Shown: positions 38,741 through 52,073 of the stretch, one piece after another
Layout: every line of letters starts with the position of its first letter
Numbering within the stretch: position 1 is the first letter of the stretch
From: Eledone cirrhosa
Lineage: Eukaryota
NCBI GenBank assembly: GCA_964016885.1
Contig: CAXHJY010001715.1
Span: forward strand, 1 to 64,000
Direction: 5' to 3'
DNA length: 64,000 bases
The notes under the pieces: generated by a model
The model's database searches: none
What the model saw: only the letters and a program-made list of their open reading frames with translations
What the model was told of the DNA's origin: nothing
Program-made: the position numbers and the translations under genes

Positions 38741-38987
38741 CTAAAATCCAAAGAGAACTCGAAAAGGATAAATATATATCAAATATATAAGAACCGTAGA
38801 GCAAATATTTATTAAAATAACATATTAAAGTTTAAGCAAAGAATCGCTGCTTTCACCCTTACCCGTTAAGGGTGAAAGCAGCGATTCTTTGCTTAAACTT
38901 TAATATGTTATTTTAATAAATATTTGCTCTACGGTTCTTATATATTTGATATATATTTATCCTTTTCGAGTCCTCTTTGGATTTTAG
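38741..38987. repeat. Near-perfect 247-bp palindrome (121-bp arms, 5-bp loop CCCGT) built from Helitron-internal modules
   Basis: CTAAAATCCAAAGAG...TTTCACCCTTA-CCCGT-TAAGGGTGAAA...CTCTTTGGATTTTAG. Confidence 0.93.
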
Positions 38988-39049
38988 AAGATCCCGTTAA
39001 GGGTGAAAGCAGCGATTCATTGCTTAAACTTTAATCTGTTATTTTAATA

Positions 39050-39416
<367 letters not shown>

Positions 39417-40440
39417 ACAAAGGAAATGTGGTAAGGAACCAGGTGGACCATAACGCACCAAAGTACTCAATACTTAGGGTAGTAGAGTGGATAATAGGAA
39501 CGAGTAGGACCCCGACGGCTGAGCTCAAGCCGTTTCGACGGCTAATTCTGGACTAAATGAAAATTTTTATCCTGGTATATGAATAGCCGAGCTTCTCAGG
39601 GGGAATTAATTTTCCATGTCAAATCTTTCATATATATCGTACGAGCATTTATGTAGTTTGTACTAGAATTTTTGTATCGTAGCGGCACCCTTAGAGATAG
39701 TATTAGTATTCATTTTCGGAATTCTGAATTATTATTTCGTATTAGTTTATGTTTTGCACTGGGTAATTGCTGGCCTTGTGCCTAAAGTAGAAACAATTAT
39801 TTTGTATTAGTTTCGGGACTCTGAATTATTATTTTGTGCTAGTTTCTTTAGTATTTTGGCCCCCCACTTGTTGACCTGTCACTGTAAGATATACTCAGTT
39901 GATTACTACTAACTCATAAAATTGTCCCACTACAATTCCGTCCCACCTATTAAACTTTTCTGTAGTTTGGCAGTACCAGTGAGAGACTTGATGATTGTGG
40001 TTAGGGAATAGTAACCAGAAATTGTTTTATTATATTTTTAACATTCTTGGTATTCATCTATATATTTACTCCATATTGATTTACTTATTGTTTCGACTTC
40101 CTCCCCCTCCCCCTCCCTAGTATACTTGCTTGACCTCCTGCCCTTAGGATCCTGCTGTGGTTGGCACTATCAACGCACAACTGGGTTTCCTCCACTCCCT
40201 CTCCCTCTTTCTTCTACTGGCAGGTTCAGCTACCCCTTCCTTCCACAAATTGCCATGATAGAATTATGTGTCTCAACAACAAACTTTTGACCAATCCTTG
40301 TGACAATCACTTTTACCATATATGGAATTACCCCCTGAGAAGCTCGGCTATTCATATACCAGGATAAAAATTTTCATTTAGTCCAGAATTAGCCATCGAA
40401 ACGGCTTGAGCTCAGCCATCGGGGTCCTACTCGTTCCTAT
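39417..40440. mobile_element. Inverted-repeat element with hammerhead-like motifs (Penelope-like pLTR / retrozyme-like remnant), between (TA)n runs
   Basis: ~112-bp inverted repeats at 39494-39607 and 40327-40440, each containing CCCC-CTGAGAAG...CGAAAC...(G/A)TC-GGGG. Confidence 0.6.
39510..39603 (-). ncRNA. Type I hammerhead ribozyme-like motif (variant core CUGAGAA)
   Basis: Stem I CCCC/GGGG; stem II CGGCUA(UUC)/(GAAU)UAGCCG; GAAA; stem III ACGGCU/AGCCGU; GUC cleavage triplet. G8 of CUGANGA is not conserved. Confidence 0.5.
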
Positions 40441-40537
40441 ATATATATATATATATACATCTTATATATATATATATATAGATATATATAGATATATACA
40501 TCTTATATATATATATATATACACATCTTATATATAT

Positions 40538-40581
<44 letters not shown>

Positions 40582-40582
40582 T

Positions 40583-43407
40583 TAGCTATAAGCTTTTCTG
40601 GGTAGGTACGGATGATGGTTTAGGGGAAGTAGGCATTTTCCTGGCTGAGAGATGGATCCATAAGACAATAGAGGTAGTTTGAGTTAGTAATTGAATAATT
40701 AAGCTTAGATTAGTTGTAGGCAGGAGACTACTGACAATCATCTCTGCCTATGCTCCCCAAGCAGGCCTAGGCAAAGATGAGGAAGACTGCTTTTATGAGC
40801 AACTTTTACAAACAACAGCAATGACAGAGGACGGAGACATCGTTATGCTAGCAGGGGACTTCAATGGTCATGTTGGACAGCTCCAGGATGGTTACACTGG
40901 GGTACATGGTGGGCACGGTTACGGTTCAAGAAATGAAGAAGGAGTGAGACTTCTTGAATTTTGTGATGCAAGTACACTGACTATTTGCAACACAAACTTC
41001 CAGAAACCTGCCAACCACCTAATAACCTACAAATCTGGCGAGCACATAAGCCAGATTGACTTCTTACTAGTTAGGCAGCGGGACAGGCAGATAGTGTCTA
41101 ATACCAAGGCATACCCTGGGGAAGAATGTACCCTACAGCATAGGTTAGTTGTTAGTGATCTCAGTAAGCAATAGATGGAATGAGACATACAGGAAGGTGT
41201 GAAGAAGAAAGGTCTGGAAGCTAAAAGACCTTTCACTAAAATACAAATTTAGGAAAGCCCTTCAAGATGTGAATGACGAAAAAGAAGAAGATTTAGTGAC
41301 ATATGACATAGATAATAACTGGAATTTCTTACGTGACAACTTACTGCAGGTTACTGATGAAACTTGTGGCTGGAGCAGAGCTCCAACCTGACAGAGAGTG
41401 ACCTGGTGGTGGAACAGCACAGTAGATAAGGCCATTAGAGACAAAAGACTAGCATGGAAGGCTTGGAAAAAGGGTGGGAGTAAGGAAGAATATACAGCTG
41501 CTAAGAGAGAAGCTAGACATCAGGTGTACTTAGCACGCAGGGAGGCTGAGAGTAGGAGGTTTGCCAATGTTCTGCGACAGGAAGATCAGAGGCGTGCGGT
41601 GTTCCACATTGCAAGGCAGTGTGTCAATGCAAATCAGGATGTTGTTGGAGATAAATGTGTCCGGAATGATGCCGATATACTTAGTTTCACGAAAGATCAG
41701 AAAAAGGAGGCCTGGAAATGTCATTATGAGAGACTGATGAATGTGGAGAACAAATGGGAGAGAGAGAAATTACCCACAGTAGATCCGACAGAGGGACCAG
41801 CTATTGAGATTGACAAATATAGGGTCCAAGAGGCGATTAAGGAAATGAAAAATGGTAAGGCTGCTGGACCATCGGGAATAGTTGCTGAGATGCTGAAGGC
41901 ATCAGGGGAAGTAGGCACTAAACTGGTTGCATACATCATCAATCAGGCTATATATGGTGGTGTCATACCCAAAGACTGGTGTAGCAGTATTCTCATAAAT
42001 TGCTACAAAGGTAAAGGGGATGCTCTGGAGAGGAGCAATTATAGGGGTATAAAACTGATGGATCAGGTTATGAAAGTGGCAGAAAGGATATTAGCACAAC
42101 TAATTAGAGAAAGGGTCAAACTAGATGAGATGCAGTTTGGTTTTATGCCTGGGAAGAGTACAACAGATGCCCTCTTCTTGGTGAGACAATTGCAAGAGAG
42201 GTTCTTAGGGAAAAATAAGCCACTATACTTAGCCTTTGTTGACCTAGAGAAGGCCTTTGATAGGGTACCCTGATCTGTCATCTGGTGGTCCCTAAGGAAA
42301 CTAGGTGTTGGGGAATGGCTTGTGAAGACAGTGCAAACTTTGTACAGAAGTACTGTTAGTAAAGTCAGGGTAGGAATGGAGTCTAGTGAGGAATTCCAGA
42401 TACAAGTAGGAGTACATCAAGGTTCGGTCCTCAGCCCGCTCTTGTTCATTATAGTCCTCCAAACCATAACAGAGGAGTTTAAGACTGGCTGTCCATGGGA
42501 ACTACTCTATGCTGATGATCTGGTTCTTATAGCAGAATCAGTAGAGGAGCTAGAGAATAAATTCTGGCTATAGAAACAGCAGTTGGAAGCAAGGGAAATG
42601 GCCATGTTCGATATGTAGAAAAGGAACTGGCATAAATTCTATAAAATGCACACAATGCAGGTCCTGGGTACACAAGAGATGTAGTGGGATAGCAGGCAAG
42701 CTAACAGGTAGGGAGAAATATGTATGCAGTAGATGTACAGGGAAATTAGACAGTAGAAGTCGCATTGATAGACACATTTTTCAAATGCAGGCGGGTGCTA
42801 TAGAAGTGGTGGATAGCTTCCGGTACCTAGGAGATCAGATTAGCATGGGAGGGGAGTGTTCCGAGGCCATAGTATCTAGAATAAGGATGGGTTGGAAGAA
42901 GTTTAGGGAGCTGCATCTTCTGCTGACGAAGAAGGGTTTCTCCCTGCGTACGAAAGGCTGGTTATATGATGCCTGTGTGAGGAGCGTGATGCTGCATGGT
43001 AGTGAGACATGGGCAGCAACTGCAGAGGATATGCGATGGCTGGAGAGAAATGAGGCAAGCATGCTATGTTGGATGTGCAGTGTCAATGTGCGTGAACGGC
43101 CCAGCATGAATGTGTTGAGAGAGAAACTGTGTCTGAGAGGGATAGAATGTAGTGTATGGGAGAGGAGACTGAGGTGGTATGGACATGTGATGCGCATGGA
43201 GGATGACCGATGGGTGAAGAAGTGCCAGGAAATGCCAGTTGAAGGAAGACGTGGTAGAGGTAGACCATGAAAAACATGGGCGGAGGTGGTGAGAACAGAC
43301 CTCAGATCGCTGAAGCTCACGGTGGAGATGATGAAGGACCGTGACAAGTGGAGAGATGCTGTGCTGAATAAGGTCCGTCCCACCCTTGCAAGCAGGGAGG
43401 AGCGGAC

Positions 43408-43449
<42 letters not shown>
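40583..43449 (+). mobile_element. 5'-truncated RTE LINE, subfamily B, with several stops and a deletion near 42595
   Basis: ORF pieces 40821-41174, 41398-42273, 42322-42573 and 42785-43270 are colinear with the 25.8-28.7-kb copy. Long (GAT)n tail; (TA)n on both sides. Confidence 0.95.
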
Positions 43450-43481
43450 ATATATATATATATATATATACATATATATAT

Positions 43482-43832
43482 GGAGGCACATGGCTTAGTG
43501 GTTAGAGCATTGGCCTTGCAATCGAAAGGTTGTGAGTTCAATTCTCAGACCGGGTGATGTGTTGTTTCCTTGAGCAAGACACTTTATTTCACATTGCTCC
43601 AGTTTACTCAACTGTAGAAATGAGATGATAAGGACTGGGATCCCTATCATTCCACTGCAAAGTGGTCATGGAGGTGGCACGGCAAAAAAGCACCCAGCAC
43701 TCACTGTAAATAAGGTTGGTGTTAGGAAGGGCATCCAGCTGTAGAAATCAAGTCAGAATCAGTTCCCGTCCCACCCTTGCAAGCAGGGAAAAGCGGACGT
43801 AAAATGATGATGATGATGATGATGATGATGAT
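43482..43832 (+). mobile_element. SINE family 1 (RTE-B tail)
   Basis: Nearly identical to 34283-34617, with a (GAT)n tail. Confidence 0.92.
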
Positions 43833-43869
43833 ATATATATATATACATATACATACATACATGTATATA

Positions 43870-44131
43870 TCATCATTTCATCATCATTTCATTTTACGTC
43901 CACGTTTCCCTGCTTGCAAGGGTGGGACGGGAACTGCACTTTGCAGTGGAATGATAGGGATCCCTGGGGGATAGATGACTGGGTTCCCTATCATCTCATT
44001 TCTACAGCTGAGTAAACTGGAGCAATGTAAAATAAAGTGTCTTGCTCAAGGAAACAACACATCACCCGGTCTGAGAATTGAACTCACAACCTTTCGATTG
44101 CAATGCTCTAACCACTAAGCCATGTGCCTCC
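43870..44131 (-). mobile_element. SINE family 1 (RTE-B tail), internally deleted, inverted relative to its neighbour
   Basis: Reverse complement of head, CORE-like domain and tail. It lacks the middle RTE-UTR segment. Confidence 0.9.
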
Positions 44132-44188
44132 ATATATACATGTATATATATATGTGTATATATATATACACATATATATATACATGTA

Positions 44189-44220
<32 letters not shown>

Positions 44221-44238
44221 GATGTATGTATGTTTATG

Positions 44239-44278
<40 letters not shown>

Positions 44279-45217
44279 TATACATGTATGTATGTATATG
44301 TATTTATATATATATATATATACATACACATATACACATATATGTTTGTGTGTGTGTGGAAAGTATATGGAAAAAACACAACCATCTAGTTTTAAAATGC
44401 CTGGATGAGACTTATAAAGAGAAGAGTTAAATTGTTTCAGACACAAAAAAACCTCCAAAAACATAAGGTTTACCTAATTCTTGTCTCAGTACCAACTGAG
44501 AAAATGTCACCGGTGGCAGATAGTAGTCCAAAAGTACTTGTTGGACATTTTCACTGACTACAAAGATAGAAGTGACATAATCACAGCTTAAAATATTCTT
44601 CGAAAGACTCTTCTATGTTTACTATACCTAAACATATTGTATATGCCTTCATATACACCTCAAATATATATATATATGTGTGTGTGTGTATGTGTGTGTC
44701 ACAAGCCAAAATGCTCTCTTTTATGTCATCCCCTCTAAATACACATGCATATATATATATATATACATTTATATGTACATACTTATATGCATACACACAC
44801 ATACACATCTATATATAAATTTGAGTGATTTCCATCTGTCCATCCATCACACAATGTGTGTGCATGTGTTTGTTTGTGTGAATGTATGTGTGTGTAAAAG
44901 AAAGGAAGGAGATGGTGAAAAAACTATAGCAAAACAGCAGCTAGCATTTCTTTTGCTACGCTGTGTGTGGGTGTATTTGCGTTTTTGTGTAAATGTATGT
45001 GTGTATGTGTTTGTTTGAATGTATGTGTGTGTTTGTGTGAATGTATGTGTGTATGTTTGTTTGAATGTGTGTGTGTGTTTATGTAAATGTATGTGTGAAT
45101 GTGTTTGTTTGAATGTATGTGTGTATGTGTTTGTTTGAATGTATGTGTGTGTTTAGGTGAATGTATGTCTGTGAGTGTGTCTGTGTTTGCACATTTATAT
45201 TTATATACTCATACATA

Positions 45218-45618
45218 TGGATATGCAAAGGCTGGAGAGAAATGAAGCAAGCATTCTCCAATGGATGTGCAATGTCAATGTGCGTGAATGACCAAGCGTG
45301 GATGAGTTGACAGTGAAACTGTGTATAAGAGGAATAAACTCTAGTGTGCAGGAGAGTAGACTGCATTGGTATGGCCATGTGATACGCATGGAAGATGACT
45401 GCTGGGTGAAGAAATGCCAACAAATCCCAGCCGAAGGAAGATGCAGTAGAAGAAGACCACAAAAAACATGGGCGGAGGTGGTGAGAGCTGACTTCAGATC
45501 GCTGACGCTCACAGAGGAGATGACGAAGGACCGTGACGAATGGAGAGATGCTGTGCTGAAGAGGACCCATCCTACCCTTCCAAGCAAGGAGAAGCAAACG
45601 TAAAGTGATGGTGATGAT
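45218..45618 (+). mobile_element. 3' fragment of a diverged subfamily-B-like RTE
   Basis: ORF 45298-45603 reads RLHWYGHVIRMEDDCWVKKC...DRDEWRDAVL...PTLPSKEKQT. Confidence 0.9.
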
Positions 45619-45807
45619 ATAGATGTATGCATATGCACACACACACACACATGTGCCAGCATGTTGAAAAAATCCTAGTACATATGTATTTCCCAATACC
45701 TTTAACTCATTTCTGTATCAAACCACCTCTGGTTCAATGACACAAAGCTGTTCATTTTAAAATATTTGTATTTATCTAAAAATCTTCCATTATAATTCTA
45801 TGTAAAA

Positions 45808-45995
45808 GGGTGGTGGATTGGCAGTATCGGTAGAGGGTTGGACGCCATGCTTTGCATCAAAGAGTTATGGCCCTTTATGGTCTGAGTTCAAATATAGCCG
45901 AGGTTAACTTTGCCTTTCATCTTTACGGGGTCGATAAAATAAAGTACCAGTAATACACTGATATAATTGCTAGCCTTGTGCCAAACGTAGAAACA
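45808..45995 (+). mobile_element. SINE family 2 with 19-bp TSD
   Basis: ATTATAATTCTATGTAAAA flanks it at 45789-45807 and 45996-46014. Confidence 0.9.
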
Positions 45996-46335
45996 ATTAT
46001 AATTCTATGTAAAAAAACCTTGTCATGTTCCAAACACCAACTTAATAATCATGAGGTTAATTATATTACAAATCTCTTACAAATTCTTGAATATTTTCAA
46101 AATTATTTGAAAACTAGAAATATTGTATAATCAGCCATTATATATCTCATTTCCTCACTCCTACACTAAGCAACAGGTAAGCCAGTTTTTCTGCAAAATC
46201 TACATTTATCAGGTTTTTCTTCCAAGTCTGTTATTGTATAGGTATGAGTAATAGCATTCTCCAGTTGGTTTTACTCCTACACTCAAACTAAACACTATAG
46301 ACATGTGTGTGGGCGCATGCATGTACGTGTGTGTG

Positions 46336-46367
<32 letters not shown>

Positions 46368-46609
46368 CTATTACATAAAAATTAATTAAATGGAATGACC
46401 AGTTCTCTCCATTGGTGAACCACAGAACATAAATGAATATATATGTATACACATATATATATATTTATATATAAGTATGTCTATACACACAGAAACACAC
46501 ACATATATATATATATATAAACACATTTCATAGCAAGAAGAGCATACTTTAAAACCACTATGATGATGATATACAAACACATTCACCCACACACACTCAA
46601 CTCCTACAC

Positions 46610-46665
<56 letters not shown>

Positions 46666-46753
46666 ACTCCTACACATGTATATATATCAACTCCTACACA
46701 TGTATATATATCAACTCCTACATATGTATATATATATATATCAACTCCTACAC

Positions 46754-46798
<45 letters not shown>

Positions 46799-46801
<3 letters not shown>

Positions 46802-46964
46802 TCATCATCATCATCATCGTTTAACGTCCATCTTCCACGCTAGCATGGGTTTGGACCGGAATTTTCCCACTTGAGGCAAGATTGGTTGTCTTGCTCGTAT
46901 AGGACTGTCTGGCGGGTTTTCTACGGCTGGATGCCCTTCCTAACACAAACCACATTTACAGTGT
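46799..46964 (-). mobile_element. RTE subfamily A 3'UTR-only fragment
   Basis: (CAT)n-CGTTTAACGTCCATCTTCCACGC...GGATGCCCTTCCTAACAC...ACATTTACAGTGT. Confidence 0.85.
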
Positions 46965-46983
46965 ATATATATATGTATATATG

Positions 46984-47025
<42 letters not shown>

Positions 47026-47187
47026 ACACCTGCTAACATATATTTATCTGTCTATACATTCAAATGGAATAACTTATATTCTTTTATGTATGTATATATG
47101 TTCACACAAATGTATATATGTTGTTATACATCTGATAACATAAATTTGCCTATACTTTCAAATATGATCAATTATGTTTGTGTATAT

Positions 47188-47544
47188 CATCATCATCATC
47201 ATCATCATCATCACTGTTTTACGTCCATTCTTCCACGCTGGCATGGGTTAGATGGGTTGTCCTGTTGTGGGCAATGTCCGGTTGGCTGAGCTTGTCTTGC
47301 TCATACGGGAACTGATTCTGGCTTGATTTCTACAGCTGGATGTCCTTCCTAATACCAACCTCATTTACAGTGAGTGCTGCGTGCTTTTTTGCCGTGACAC
47401 CTCCTCGACCACTTTGCAGTGGAATGATATGGACCCCAGTCCCTATCATCTCATTTCTACAGCTGAGTAAACTGGAGCAATGTGAAATAAAGTGTCTTGC
47501 TCAAGGAAACAACACATCACCTGGTCCGAGATTTGAACTCACAA
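47188..47544 (-). mobile_element. SINE family 1 variant carrying an RTE subfamily C tail; 5'-truncated just upstream of the B box
   Basis: Body matches the 43482 SINE. Tail matches 57988-58110 (GGGTTGTCCTGTTGTGGGCA...TGCTCATAC). Confidence 0.85.
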
Positions 47545-47610
47545 TATATATGTGATAGATATAAAATATACAATATATGTGTGTGTATGTATATAGAGGA
47601 ATGTATATAT

Positions 47611-48475
47611 ATCATCATTATCATCAGCAGCAGCATTTAACGTCTATTTTCCATGCTAGTATTGGTTAGATGAGTTCTCCAGATGTGAGCCAAACCAGAG
47701 CAGATGACTGTGTCCTGCTCACACTGGACCGATTTGGGCTTGGTTTCTATGGCTGGATGCCCTTCCTAACACCAACTACATTTACAGTGTGTGTGCTGGG
47801 TGCTTTATATCGTCGCACCAAAATGACCACTTTAGAGTGTGGACTGGGTGTTTCTTATTGTGACACCTACATGATCACTTTACCGTGCGGACTGGGTGCT
47901 TTTTGTTGTGACACCTATGCAATCACTTTACAGTTTGGACTGGGTGCTCTTTGTTGTCACCTACATGATGACTTTACAGTGTGGACTGGGTGCTTTTTGT
48001 CATGACACCAGAAACGACCACTTTACAGTGAGGGGTGGGGACTTGGGTGAGGGAAGTGCATGGGGGTTGGAGAGGTATATTTAGTATGGGACACTTCTCA
48101 GGTGTGGATCAACAGAGGGGTGTGAGGGTATTGGAGTTGTATAGAAAGGGGAGGTAAGGGAGACTACTGCATACTAGATGTATGCGTCAACCTGAGCACA
48201 TGATAATGGTGGGGCTTCTGTATTACTGCATAACACCTGAAATCTTGATCCTGTGTCATTGCCTTTGAGAGGTGTAATTGTGTAAGGTCAGTTTTATAAC
48301 CTCATTCCAAGTTTTCCTACTCCATAGCTTCCATCAGCTTTGAATGCCCTGCACCTTTTTATGCAGCTGTCATCCAGCATATGCATCACATGTCCATACC
48401 AACACAATCTCCTCTCCTGCACACTGCATATGATCCCTGTCATGCCCAGTTTCTCTGAGTTTATTTATGCTTTGC
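47611..48475 (-). mobile_element. Diverged RTE 3' portion with a 48-bp tandem unit expanded in the 3'UTR
   Basis: GCATCACATGTCCATACCA (WYGHVM). The UTR has GGATGCCCTTCCTAACACCAAC and repeated CACTTTACAGTGTGGACTGGGTG. Confidence 0.85.
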
Positions 48476-48564
48476 TGTATATATATATATATATGTACAC
48501 GTACATATATGTATAGATATATACATAAATAAATATATATATATCCACACACATATTTGATAAT

Positions 48565-49100
48565 TCAGAAAGGGGTGAGCAGAAATTCCATTAGGTGCAC
48601 TCTATGTAAACTATGGACACACAAGAGATGTAATGGGATTGCAGGTAGGTTAACTGAAAAGACAGATTTTGCATGCAGCAGATGCACTGGGGAAGTGGGC
48701 ACAAAGAGCACACCTGAAATAAATTCCCACTGCTTCCAGGGGAACTCCATAGAAGTTGTTGACAGCTTTCACCACCTAGGCTATCCAATTAGCAGTGGGG
48801 GAAGTTGCGTCAAAAGTGTGATAGATAAAAGCAGACGGGAAGAGGTTTAGAGATCTATTATCATTGCTAACAACAAAATGTTTTTTTCTCAATGAAGGGT
48901 CAACTAATATAATGCCTGTGTGTGAACTGTAATGTTATATAGCAGCAAAACATGGGCCTTGACTGCAGAAGACCTGCTAGAAAAAAATGAGTTGAGTATG
49001 CTCCTATGGTTGTGTAATATTGGTGTGCATGAGTGACATAGCATAAGCAAACAGAGAAAAACTTGGTATACGAGGAAATGGATTTAATGTGCAAGAGAAG
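48565..49100 (+). pseudogene. Old degenerate RTE RT/PHD fragment
   Basis: ORF 48557-48850 reads RNSIRCTLCKLWTHKRC...CSRC...IEVVDSFHHLG. Confidence 0.85.
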
Positions 49101-49721
49101 ACTTTGTTTGGCAAGCCTTCTGTGGCTGGATGCTCTTCCTATCACCAACAGTTTTGCAGCATGTATTGGTTGCATTAATTGTGTAGATCACCACCACTAG
49201 GGAAGCAATCATGTCCTTGACATAACTAAAGTATCCTCCCAACCCTTTGTTTGGCAAGCTTTCTATGGCATGATGCTCTTCCTATCATCAACCACTTTAC
49301 AGCATGTACTGTGTGCATTTATCATGTAGATTGCTAATACTAGAGAGGTTGTTGTGTCGTTGACACAACTAAAGGGTCCACTCAACCTTTTAAAGCATGG
49401 TTTCTACAGTGGGGTGCCCTTCCTGTCACCAACCACCCTTATGGTGTGTACTGGGTAAATTTTTGTGACACCATTACTACCACCCTCTCAGATCTGGGAA
49501 GAGGGATGTAGGGATTTGGCAGGGCAATGCGCAAAGGGTAGGGGTGGCTGATTAGTCATGAGAATGTAGTGATATGAACGATGTGGTCAATATGGTGGGG
49601 GTGGAGGCATGATGGAGAAACATTGTGTGAAATTTGAAATTTTTTGAGAAAATTAGAGGCATGATTTAATATTTTTTACAATAGCAAAATAGTCTAAATA
49701 TGCCCTATTATTTAGGTGTTG

Positions 49722-49901
49722 CATTGGCAGTATTGGTAGAGGGTTGGATGCCATGCTTTGCAGCAAAGAGTTACGGCCCTTTATGGTTCAAATCCCGCCG
49801 ATGTTAACTTTGCCTTTCATCCTTACAGGGTCGATAAAATAAAGTACCAGTAATACACTGGGATAATTGCTGGCCTTGTGCCAAAAATAGAAACAATTAT
49901 T
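49722..49901 (+). mobile_element. SINE family 2
   Basis: ATTGGCAGTATTGGTAGAGGG...GGTTCAAATCCCGCC...GAAACAATTATT. Confidence 0.85.
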
Positions 49902-49976
49902 TAGGCTATTTTTCTATAGTAAAAAAATTTGATGATGCTCTCATAAATTTAATATATAAATGTATATATATATATA

Positions 49977-50154
49977 TCATCATCATCATCATCATCTTCG
50001 TTTAACGTCCATTTTCCACGCTAGCATGGGTTAGACGGGAGTTGTCCCACTTGAGGCAAGGTTGGTCGGGTGACCATGTCTCGCACATATAGGACTATCT
50101 GGCAGGTTTTCTATGGCTGGATGCCCTTCCTAACACCAACCACATTTACAGTGT
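49977..50154 (-). mobile_element. RTE 3'UTR-only fragment
   Basis: (CAT)n tail plus a UTR ending ACATTTACAGTGT|(AT)n. Confidence 0.85.
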
Positions 50155-50189
50155 ATATATATATATTTATACATATACATACTCACATA

Positions 50190-50247
<58 letters not shown>

Positions 50248-52073
50248 CACACACACACACACTAATACACACACATATATATACACTTAAAAGATGCAGA
50301 AGTCCTAAATGCAACTACTGTCGATTTCTATAAATAATAGCTCGGAAAATGGTGTGAGATATCCCTATAGATAGAAAATATTTACTTACACCTGTTACAT
50401 ATGATTGAACTTCATATCTTTCAAATTCCACCTATGTGTTCTAAATCATTGAACTAAATAGCCTTGGACAACAACTGCCATCTTGTAGAGATTGCTAAAC
50501 AAACAGCTTGGGTGTAAACAACATTTTGAAAATAAACTATCAGTTAGATGGGGAAATTTGAAATTTCTAGAAAATGTAGAAATCCCAAATGCAGAAAATA
50601 ATTGCAAGCCTCTGTCGATTGCTATAAATAATAGATGAAAAAAGGAGCCTATAAATAAAAGATGGAAAAAAGTAGCCCATAGCCACTGCAAAGAATCGAA
50701 CTTCATACCTCTCAAATTCTGGCTGAGTGCTCTAAACTATTGAACACCAGTCCTACCACTTTACAATAGGGGTTGGGAGTATTTTATTGTGGCACCAGCA
50801 TTACCACATTACAATGTGAGCTGGGTACATTTTATTATGGAACCAACACACGTAAAGAAGTGTTGAGCCCCTGAAGTTGACGGAACCCATGGAAGAGGAA
50901 TTCCTAGTAAAACGTGGGTTGAAGTGTTGAAGATTAACATCAAGAAGATAGGTTTAGATTGAATTGTTTATTTTTTTTATTCAGTTATTCTACATATATT
51001 ATATTGTATCACTATAAATCTGATGTATTGGGGACTTTGCTAGATTCCTGCTTTAAAGATACATTTGTGATTATATTTTAAAAAAATATATCTATTAGCT
51101 GTGGGGAATCTGTGTTAGGAAATTCAACAAATAAACGTGGAATATTTAAATTATGTAAAGTTTTAACCAAATATTGGTACCTCCCATATTGTGACTGGCT
51201 TTGTTCTTGCAAGTGTATAAATCATTTTGGTAAATTCAAACTTTTATTATTTATTTGGCTGACAAAATTCCTTTGTTATTACAAAAAGGTAATTTTAAAA
51301 TACATTCATCTGTTTGAGTGAAGTAAGTATGTATATGTGTGTGTGTTTGCTGTTTTCAAATATACATTATATACACAGTGAATCATGAAATGTTATATAC
51401 CAGTGAACCTGTTTGATACTAAGCCACATGAAACTGCCCCTGGTTCTACAATACAAAACTGTTTATTTTAAAGTATTTGTATTTATCTAAAAACCTTCCA
51501 ACATAATTTTATATTAGAACATTTGTTATGTTCCAAACCAACTTAGAAAGGAGAAAGTTAGTTATATTACAAATTCTCTCCAAATTCTCAATTATTAAAA
51601 AAATTATTTGGAATGACGTACTATCTTTCATTAAAAAAGTGGTAAAGAAAGGGTTAGGGATGATGATGATAGTGGTGGTGATCCTGAAGGTGGTAGTGAT
51701 GCTTGTGATGACGATAATAATCCTGATGATGACACTCACCACAGCAACCACCAGTTGGTATTAATGATGACCCTACCTCCTCAAAATCTTTCTCTACAAT
51801 CTCAGCTCATTGGCAGTTGAGTTGTGATCAGATAATCTGTAAACTGTTGACAGTATCTAAACATGATCAATTATCAACATTATCGACATTATTACCCCCC
51901 CCCCTCCCCATCACCAATACCATGACCAACATAACCATTAGCATGAATATCACAAGTACCACCCTCACCACAGTCATTATTATCAACATCACCATTTCTG
52001 TTGCTATGATCATCATCATTTCCCTATATATTGTCTACCTCTTTCTCTTTCACATATATATATATATATATGT

